A stretch of 62,967 nucleotides of DNA, counting the filler. It is 15 parts of 15 records of this genome, joined end to end, with 100 filler letters (N's around TTAATTAATTAA, not from the genome) between each part and the next. Parts side by side here need not be neighbours in the genome. Positions count along the whole stretch, not along the records: positions 51,985 to 54,407 come from SRR9670534_1425; positions 54,508 to 57,110 come from SRR9670534_1427; positions 57,211 to 60,395 come from SRR9670534_1429; positions 60,496 to 62,967 come from SRR9670534_1438; 11 more parts are not named here. The stretch is one strand, 5' to 3'. Below are positions 53,888 through 62,967 of the stretch, piece after piece (positions within the stretch are counted from its first letter, which is position 1; the number at the start of each line of letters is the position of its first letter). A program made the translations under genes and the position numbers. The notes under the pieces are model-generated. The model did no database searches, had not been told where the DNA came from, and saw only the letters and a program-made list of their open reading frames with translations.

Positions 53888-54320
53888 GTAAGATTGCTAT
53901 TTCAGTTTTACATGTAGATGGCGCCATATTGGGATAGATATATTTATTGTGGATTATGTTGTAAACATAGATGGGGCAATGTTTGCGGGATATGAATTTT
54001 TATGCAGTTGTCGCCATAATAGGAAAAACAAAGTTTCAAATTATCCATGTAGATGGCGCCATATTGTAATCCTAAATATTATTATATGGGGACGCTTTCC
54101 CTCTCTATGCTATTTTCATAAAAAATGGAGTAAGATTGATATTTCATTTCTACATGTAGATGGCGCCATATTGGGATATTTTCATTTACATTGTATTTTA
54201 TGTTATGAACCTAGTGGGGGGCATGATTCTAGGTAGCGAATTTTATGCAGATGTCGCCATAATAATAAAAAGAAAGTTTCAAATTATCCATGTAGATGAC
54301 GCCATAGTGTAATCCATATG
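53841..54320. repeat. Tandem duplication of about 245 bp containing the MTMR9 exon end and TAGATGGCGCCAT motifs
   Basis: 53841-54085 is repeated at 54086-54320. Confidence 0.85.
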
Positions 54321-54740
54321 GGAAACAATATTGAAAGTTTAAACATAGATGGTGCCTTGTGAGGAAAATGTACACATATAATAATAATAATAATAGTAAG
54401 ATCTTTANNNNNNNNNNNNNNNNNNNNNNNNNNNNNNNNNNNNNNNNNNNNTTAATTAATTAANNNNNNNNNNNNNNNNNNNNNNNNNNNNNNNNNNNNN
54501 NNNNNNNTTTTTTGCACTATGGTTTAATTTGAAAAAATCTTTGCTTATTAAAAAGAGACAAACTAAATTAATTAACCCTGTGGAACCATCATAAATGTAT
54601 TATTAATAACAATAATTTATTAAGCTTTTATTGTGTCATTACCAGTATAATTTTACGCCAATTATTATTAATTAACTAATAAAACATTTGACAGATTTCA
54701 GTATCATTTTGTAACTGAATTTAACTCTGTCAATAGGCAT

Positions 54741-55783
54741 TCAAAAATTGATTTGTAAAGAAACAATGAAGCTAACCACTACAGGTAAATGCAATTGAAG
54801 CCATCTTGCAATCAGCAACCTACCAGTTGTGCTACTCTTATCCTGGTCATCTGAATCAGTACTTTCAGTCTCCTCATTTTCTCCATTTGAATTTGCAGAT
54901 GGCCCGTCTTTAGCCTTTGACGTTTCATTTCCTTGCGGATGAAGAACGTTTTTCAACCAATCGTAATGGGCAAGAATGTTAGTAAATTTAACAGATACTT
55001 CGTCTTCTCTAGATATACCAACTAATGAGTATGTTGTTTCACCTTTTACTTGGCAAGCTAATGGAATACCTTTGCCATTCTAAACAACAATTTTACATTG
55101 CGAATTAAATAACTTCTTTCAAGGATGTTTTATAATTCACAATGTCAAATTAAGTTAATCATAAACACGACGTGAAGTAGCGTGATTTAAATAAAACATA
55201 CACACTTTAAAGCTCGAAAGATGGCTGTTCTTATAACTAATTTGGATGTTCCCTTGCTTGGCATTAACACGCTTATTAATGTCATCCATGTAGACAGAGT
55301 TAAATATACCTGTAAAAATTATTAGTGTAGTCACTAAGGTATGGTCATAAACAATCAGTTATACTAATAGATTACACTGGTAAACAAATTTCTTTCAAAA
55401 GTTTCTTCAAAAACATTTTTACCTATATTTGATAGTTATGAATATGTTGCCTATAATAATAAGAAGGACACAACTTTGATCAGATACACTGTATCAATGC
55501 ATGTCATTTTGTTTGTACTATTTCTTTTGTTGACCAGTGTTGTGATTACTATATAAATATAAATATGATATTATTAATTAAGCTATTATAAATTATAACT
55601 TGTATGTTTTTCCCTACCAGGAATATTATTAAAGCCGGAGACAATACAGTTGCTAAGCTGTAAACTGTTTGTATTCTTTGGTAAGCAAATGGGGTTCAGA
55701 GTAGCAGCTAAATTTTGAAAAGGTTCATCTAATTCCAGAACCGCAATATTATACTTGTCACCGCCAATTTTGTAACTGGGATG
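54741..55783 (-). CDS. Trypsin-fold serine protease homolog (non-catalytic), 3' part; exons 55783-55618, 55309-55206, 55079-54741
   Basis: HPSY..YNIAVLELDEP..LNPICLP..CIVSGF, NGKGIPLACQ..YSLVGI..FTNILAHYDWL, then an acidic S/T linker and hydrophobic tail. Junctions are in frame. Confidence 0.75.
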
Positions 55784-56752
55784 CTAAAGTAGGTCATACA
55801 AATAAACACTGTATTCATTAAAATTAAGTATAATTTAAAATATAAGATTTAAATTACATAATATTTATTAAGGTGTATCAATTCTGATATATCTTTTTAC
55901 ACCTAATTAATAAGTCCAGACAAGATAGGTACTACTAAAATGATCGTATTTTTATGCACTATGATAGTGCCACTATCCTTCAAATGTTTACGTCATTGAT
56001 TTGGCAAGGGAAAGTTATTATGGCGACATCTATATACTAGTGTTAGCATTACCTAAGATAATTTGCGACTCTGACAGGAGAATTTCCTTAGGAGATAATT
56101 TTGTGAAAAAATTGGCTTATACTTTGAATATATAGCATGTAGTGACTACATTGTAGTCAATTCATGTATGCAATTTTATAGTTGAAATCATTTGAATTTA
56201 ATAATACATGTATTATAGTATTTGGGGATGGGGGCAAGTTTTGACAAAAAAATCTAATACTTTTGTGGCATCGTATGAAAATATATACTAGTCATAATAT
56301 ATATTGTGACATCGTATGAAATTATATAATAATATACTTTTATGACATCGAATGACAAGATAAATTAATATAGTATAGTATTTTGGGATGGGGCAAGCTT
56401 TGACAAAAAATATAATACTTTTGTGACATCGCATGACAATCAGAATTACCAGAAAAGTCTGGTACCTGTCTTTCAAAAACACTTTCGTACCAAGAGCGCT
56501 GCTAGGTAGATGCTTACGTTTATGAACCTATAAGTTTATAAATAAAAATACATTAAACAATTACTACGCTACGTCGTCAAACATTTTCCCATAGAAATAC
56601 AGATGTCCCATATTCATTCTTCCAGATGTCACAGATGGCTTATAATTTCGCATGGTTAAGTTGGCATTATCATAAATATTATTTATTAATAAATAACTAT
56701 GTATTGCAGTATTACTATTGCTAAATGCTATTATAATTACATATGTTTTTAG

Positions 56753-57110
56753 CATGCTAGTTATAAAAATAAAGACACGACTGGATACGATATTGCTGTT
56801 TTACAATTAAGGAAACCATTTTTCTTAAACAAGAACATCAACACCATTTGTTTGAAAAGGGAGCAGATGTACAGGAAGAATTGGAGATGTTATCTTACTG
56901 GTTTTGGGCATACTGATTTCGATGGCAATGGTTACTGTTTATTGTCACTCTATTACATACCAATTTGCATATCTACATATGTCATAGAATAGTGACTATG
57001 ATAATTATAATATTATGTTATGGAATAAATTACAAAATAATGCTTATGGTAGACTGCTTATTTCATTTTTAGATAGCAATTCTAACAAGGAAGGTCTTTC
57101 AGGTGTTACT
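56753..57110 (+). CDS. Trypsin-like serine protease fragment; exon 56753-56930 and start of the next exon at 57073
   Basis: HASYKNKDTTGYDIAVLQLRKPFFLNKNINTICLK..CYLTGFG with AG/GT boundaries. Confidence 0.78.
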
Positions 57111-57464
57111 NNNNNNNNNNNNNNNNNNNNNNNNNNNNNNNNNNNNNNNNNNNNTTAATTAATTAANNNNNNNNNNNNNNNNNNNNNNNNNNNNNNNNNN
57201 NNNNNNNNNNATCTGAAAAGGTGCAACAAAAATAGCGTTCCGGGTGCCACAACTTATGTGTCTCACTGTACCTAATCGTACATCGAATTTCACTTTCATT
57301 TGTGACGTCATAATAACGTAACTATGTTGCCTATTATGAACGTCGTCAACCCTTATTATTGTATAAATAATATACATGTAACATCATTGCTAGGAAAATG
57401 GGATTAAACTATCGATTTTAACAATGTTATAAATAACCAGAGCAATCCTGATTTCTTGATTTAG

Positions 57465-58873
57465 ACGATTTGGAATATACCATGAAACAGAATAAAACGG
57501 CAGAGAAGAAGATTGCAACTTTGGAACGAAAACTTAGAGGCAGTGAAAACGTTGTTGCAAAGTTGAAAGAAGACGTTAAAAATGTTGGTGAAGCAAGTCG
57601 TCCTGTTAGTGTTTATTCTTCCTTGTCAATGAAAGACGTTGAAAACCGTGAAAAGTTAAAAAGTTACGTTGAACAAGTTCACAATTCCTTGGAGAAATTG
57701 TCGAAGATTGAGCAGCTGAAATTTTCTGGTGAATTATTTGATGTTGATTTTGTCCGAGTTGATCTTGACGAATTTGATGAAACTGTGCAAAAACTTCAAT
57801 GTTTATCATCAAAATTATCCAGTTTAGTACCAGCTATTGAAGGTATACTTACGAAGAAGAGTTCTGAAGCGCAATTGAGCAAATTGTTAACAGATAAAGC
57901 TTCTGCTCTGAATTTAGCAAATACGGAAAAGAAGACGTTACAAGATAAAATCGCCGATTTGGAATTAGAGAAAGGTCAATTGGTTGATAAGGTTGAAGCC
58001 CTTACAAATGAGAATGATTCCGTGAAGAAAGAGGTAATCTCGAAAAGCCAAAATCGAGAAATTCTAAACATTGTTTCATTTTTATAAGTAGATGTCGTTC
58101 TATAGCTTTCAGAATTTCGAAGCAAGCACGACAGTGACGTAACGAAAATGTCGACTTCTTTATCCTCCGAAAAGGAAGCAAAGGATTACTTGAGAGACCA
58201 GTTTTATGCGGCCACTTTGCAGTTGCAGCAAAAAGTCAGTGAATGCGAAAAATTGCAAGGAAGATTGGATGAAAAGGAGAAAAGAAGGAAAAGATGGGAA
58301 GAACGATGTAACCAATCCGCGAACGAATGTATGGAATTGATGGAACAGAAAAAGGTTCTTGAAAAGCAACTGATTGACAGGGACGAGATGAACAAGAATA
58401 TCGTCAATGTTATCGAACAAAAGGATGAACAAATTAGAAAAATGGAGACAGACTTGGGTCAGAAACAAGCGGAATTATTCGCGTCAAAGGAAGTCGTCAA
58501 AGGTTTAACAGCAGCTAATGCCGATAGCGAAAAGAGGGTTCGAAAATTTAATAAATTTTGAAATTCCAAAGAATCTTTTTAGGTAAGAGGAGAAGTTGAT
58601 GCCAAGCAAAAATTAGAAAAGGAACTTGATCAATATAAAAGAAGCGCTTTCAGATCATCAACCGGTGGTACTCCCAGAGAAGGTGGTGACATTTCTGGTG
58701 CTGATGGTGCCGAAGATGCGGAGGACGCGCACACAGCAACCATTGTCAACCCAGAAGAAAGAGAGTTTCAATTTCCTAAGTCTGGAGAAGTTAAATGTCC
58801 AATATGTGGTGTAATTCAACCCGATGTTGAAACCCTGCAAATTCATGCGCAAAATTGCGAACTTCATGATTAA
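57465..58873 (+). CDS. Coiled-coil protein with C-terminal NEMO/optineurin-type CCHC zinc finger, 5'-truncated; exons 57465-58033, 58106-58537, 58583-58873
   Basis: Long heptad regions. The last exon (not in the ORF track) ends CPICGVIQPDVETLQIHAQNC, similar to optineurin [21 protein letters not shown]. Confidence 0.75.
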
Positions 58874-59012
58874 ATGCATCTTTATTCATAAGAAATCATT
58901 TACTCAGAAAATTGTTATTAATAACTTTTGAAACCTATTCTCGATAAGATTTACTAGCTTTTTGGATATCTTTTGTACAATGATTATTAATAAATTCCAT
59001 CCTAGATGTTCC

Positions 59013-59978
59013 ATGGCCCAATCTGTGCAAGAAACTCTTGAAGAACATCTTTGTTGTAAAATTTGTGAAGAATACTCAGAGGGGCAACAAATATGTCCTT
59101 GGTGCAGCATCAGAATTTGCCAATCTTGCATTAACAGAATATCTGCTTCACAGGATCTGATGAAATGCCCATTTTGCCAACAATCAGTTACCAGATTCAT
59201 TCATGATAAAACAATGCAAGAAATTGCTGAAGTTTCAAAAATGTTCTCCTCCAAACTTTCCCTTATCCCTGGCTATGACCATTGTCCAGAACATCAAGCT
59301 CTGAAGAAAATTTTTTGCAGAGTCTGCCAGGACATTGTTTGTGCTGAATGTGTCTATGTTCAGCATCAGGACCATTATTTGGAAACTTTTGCCCTAACTG
59401 AAGACAAATTTTCAGAACTCTTGGGAACAATTAGATACACCAAAGATGCTATTGATGTCACCATTTCTGACCTATGCAAAGCTAGGAAAGAATTAAAAAA
59501 TTATTTAAGTAAGTTGGTTTTTGATCGTGAAAAGTTGTCACAATTGGAACATGGTTTGCAGGGTAAAAAATGTAAAAGTTATCAAGAAACATGGTTTTTT
59601 CTTGAAAATTATGACCTTGTAGTGGAATTGGCAAACATCAAGGAGAAATGCATGAAAATCATGGAGGAATGGTTTCTAAATTCAGCCAGAAATAGTGAAC
59701 AAGAACAAATTTTGTTAAATATCTTGCTGAATAACAAATCTGCTGAATTATCAGTTGCTCTTTCAGAAAATGAGCTTTTAAATGAAAAAAATTCAAACTT
59801 AAATTTTGAAGTAAATAAGTTGAAGATTTTGGTTAAAAATTTGGTTGAAGAGAATAATTTGTTAAAGGAAGAACTTCCACATAGAAACAAGCTTTTATGT
59901 CCCATTTGTGGAGCTAAAAAACCAGATTTTGATTCATTGGATCTTCATACTAGAAGCTGTGGAATTATTGACGATTAA
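59013..59978 (+). CDS. TRIM-like E3 ligase: RING, B-box2, coiled coil, C-terminal CCHC zinc finger; single exon
   Basis: CKIC..CPWC..CQSC..CPFC RING, CPEH..FCRVCQDIVCAEC..H..H B-box, C-terminal CPICGAKKPDFDSLDLHTRSC. Confidence 0.85.
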   Translation: MAQSVQETLEEHLCCKICEEYSEGQQICPWCSIRICQSCINRISASQDLMKCPFCQQSVTRFIHDKTMQEIAEVSKMFSSKLSLIPGYDHCPEHQALKKIFCRVCQDIVCAECVYVQHQDHYLETFALTEDKFSELLGTIRYTKDAIDVTISDLCKARKELKNYLSKLVFDREKLSQLEHGLQGKKCKSYQETWFFLENYDLVVELANIKEKCMKIMEEWFLNSARNSEQEQILLNILLNNKSAELSVALSENELLNEKNSNLNFEVNKLKILVKNLVEENNLLKEELPHRNKLLCPICGAKKPDFDSLDLHTRSCGIIDD

Positions 59979-60495
59979 TTAATAACTAATAAAAATGGCA
60001 ATAATATTGTATATACATAATGTAATCTGGGGTTTTTTTTTGTAATTTTGAATGGTTTTTTAATTTGTAGTGACTTTTGTCGAAATGGACAATCTTGATA
60101 ACTTTAAAATTCCTCACGTTTTAAATGTTGTAGATATTTTGTGCAATTATTATTAACAATAATAGAACATTGGATATAAGATGTAATTTATTATCAAAAA
60201 CTTATTATTCTTGATTATATCTATTGTTGCCTTTAATTCTTCATAACTTTGTTAAAAATTTTAATTTTTTTTATTATCATTTCAAAATATGTATTGCACA
60301 TTATCTCAATGTCATTGTGTATTTTTTTTATTGTTTTGTCAAAAATATTTATACTACTAATATTATACATTAGGGCGTTCCAGAAAAAAAATAATNNNNN
60401 NNNNNNNNNNNNNNNNNNNNNNNNNNNNNNNNNNNNNNNTTAATTAATTAANNNNNNNNNNNNNNNNNNNNNNNNNNNNNNNNNNNNNNNNNNNN

Positions 60496-61456
60496 TGTAC
60501 TTTTTGAACTTTACTACGTAAGAGCAAAAGAAATGTGATTTATTATATAATGTTGTATTTTCTAACAAGTTTGCATAATTTTCGATAGCACATAGGTTTT
60601 GCTATAAACGGGTTGTACCTGTCATTTTTACATCATACTTTTTCTAGTTGCACCACGACAGTTTTGCCTTATCAGATATGTTTGGTTTTTTAGTCAGGTG
60701 AATTATAGTTTCATTTATATAAAACTAATAGTAATCTTTTAGAATTTTTCCATGGTTTTTGGGAGCAGTTTAGTTTTATATCGCTTATCATTTTAACCCT
60801 TTATGACTGCAGTCATTATACATAAGAGGTAGTAATTATTTGTTATTTTAATTATTAATATAATTATTAAATTACTAGTAATAATTTGTAGATTTTAAAA
60901 ATGAAACACGATTTGGTAATAATATAAATGAGCAATTGGTAATGAAACTGGGAACATACCATAAACCTGATTTAGCGGACAATGGTTCATGATGTACAGG
61001 TTAATTTTTTTAGATATTACATTAAATAATTTACAGAAATATGTATTTTTAATTAATGTTGTTAACAAAATTTAATTAAATTAATATATAAAAATTTACT
61101 TAGAAAATTCGCTGTAAATTCGCTGTCCTATTGTATTGTATTGAAATTACTAGTAGTTCCTTAGGGAAATACATTTCCTAAATACTGGTTAAAATAGCGA
61201 CACCTTTTTCCTTAGTTTTCTGTAATGAATTGTCAAGGCTTATAAATCATAGTAAAAGCATTCTTATCTCATTATATCCTACACCTAGACAAACTGATCA
61301 AGTATTCAATTTATGTAATAATTTTTGTAACAATTTATGTAATAATTTATGTAATAATTTTTAAGTACCAATGTACTTTTTGAACTTTTCTACGTCACAG
61401 CAAAAGGAATGCAAATTATTATATAACATGTCCTTTTCTAACAAGTTTGCATAACT
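60496..61456. repeat. Two diverged direct copies of an approx. 85-bp sequence (60496-60580 and 61372-61456)
   Basis: TGTACTTTTTGAACTTT..CTACGT..AGCAAAAG..TTATTATATAA..TTTTCTAACAAGTTTGCATAA occurs twice. Confidence 0.75.
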
Positions 61457-62967
61457 ATGATTACCTGAATGGTATAAATATGTGGTAGTTGTACATTTAT
61501 TCCTTCATTCATATTATAGACAGGAAAATTTCCCTCCAAAGGAAAAGTTTTGTTTATTATAATAGTGAGGTAAGTTTTACTTTTACATTTCATTCGCAAA
61601 ATTAGTTATGTTGTAGTACTTGAAGCTTATTATTATTTTAGCACTTGAAGATTATTAGTATTGGAAGACTTTCGTTTGTATGGTTGTTAGTTTTAATGAC
61701 AAATAGTACATACATGTGTATATATATTTGGAAATCAGTGAAAGAGTGAGAACGTGAAAAAGCAGGTAAAAATTATTTGTTTATTTATGATTATTATTAT
61801 AGAAATTCTAAATAAAGTCATACATATGTCTAAAGTAAGTATATAATTTATAGGTTCCTAGAAAGGAAAGATCATTTTATCTTATTCACCATATACAATA
61901 CTTATTCAACTGGCCGAGAAATGTTTCTCATAAGATTTGGAGGAATTTGCTACATGATGTGAAAGTAAGTCTTTTATTATTTATTACATGAAATCATATA
62001 TGGAACTATGTATTTCAAAAGTTGTGAAATTTCAAGTATTACTTTGTGTTTAAAACAGGTATGTACATGTATACTGATCAATTATAATCAGCTATAGCTA
62101 CTAGTTTGAGATGTAGTATTAGGAATGTACAGTTAATATTGCTCAATAGTATGAAAATTAACGACAACTACTTGCTAATATTATTCCAGTTATTGACTAA
62201 ACGTTAATTTGTAGTAAAATTTTGATTTACTTAATCATTTACTTTGTAAATGCCTCCTATTGTTTAAAGAGTACGAATAGCCAAATAGTAGGAAAAATAA
62301 TGACATCTTCTTGCTAAGTTTGTGTAATGTTTGCAGATTGCGTCGACAGCATTCAAAATGATGACTAAGGCATTAGACGTAATTGTTGAAACTTGTTTTG
62401 TAAATTCTCTACGTCGATTGGTATTTACCAACAGTGCGAAAGATAAGGACAAGTTTTTCTTAGAATTTAGGTAAAATTATTATCGAAATACCTTCATCCT
62501 TTTATTACTAATTGTTAATTTAATACATGTCATATCAATGGATTATCAATATTTTATTATGACCTTTGTATTCATTGATTTAATCATAATTTTTAAAAAG
62601 TAATGAACATTGTTTCTTTTTAGGAAAGTTCTTTATGACTCTATTAATAATTAGAAATAATCCATTGAAGTGCTTATTTTTTGTGATGTATTGGTAGCCG
62701 TAGCTAATTGAGCCATAATGTAATACTTTTGAAGATGCTCCAGAATAATCAGCCTCCAGAAATTTTTTGCAATGAAATATTGTGCATATATTTTGATTTT
62801 TGTTAGAAGATGCTTCAGTTCAAGTTGTAAATAAAAAGAAACAGGTAAGTTATAATTCTGCACTAATATTATATGATTATGTATGTATGCTATCAGTGAG
62901 GTGCCAGCTAAGAATGTCTATCAAAACTAGTTTTATTAAAAGTTAGAATTTTATATTTTAAGATTTA

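Noticed and set aside
58537-59013. Coiled-coil gene and TRIM ORF as one alternatively spliced gene
   Set aside because: The visible donors are phase 0 while the AG at 59004-59005 needs phase 2, and the upstream gene has its own terminal exon and stop.

Overview
This is eukaryotic DNA from an AT-rich bilaterian animal, probably a protostome (NR1J-type receptor, orthopedia, Ptf1a, several nicotinic receptor subunits). It is not a continuous locus. Fifteen short contigs are joined by 14 artificial 100-nt spacers (N44-TTAATTAATTAA-N44), so gene order across spacers carries no information. Intron-containing genes recognised: an HR96/DAF-12-type nuclear receptor, a C7orf25 homolog, CPSF3, PNPLA6/7 (5' part), PGGT1B (3' end), Ptf1a, RSPRY1 (part), DGK-theta (3' part), two nAChR-family subunits, orthopedia, METTL14 (5' part), DCTN4, SPG7, an SLC7/CAT-type transporter, dUTPase, a TRPC channel (5' part), MTMR9 (5' part), two trypsin-fold fragments, a NEMO/optineurin-type zinc-finger coiled-coil gene and a TRIM-like gene. 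There are also MITE/fold-back and tandem repeats. The best leads are: (1) two 110-nt homologous exons in a nAChR gene that look mutually exclusive; (2) an intact paraplegin that has lost its HExxH zinc site; (3) a TRIM37-type RING/B-box gene ending in a NEMO-type zinc finger, directly behind a gene with the same finger; (4) tight co-directional housekeeping clusters with AG acceptors just before the ATG, suggesting operons and SL trans-splicing; (5) tandem hairpin units ending in oligo-T. I found no prokaryote-type system such as CRISPR. All assignments are by eye and from remembered family motifs; no searches were run.
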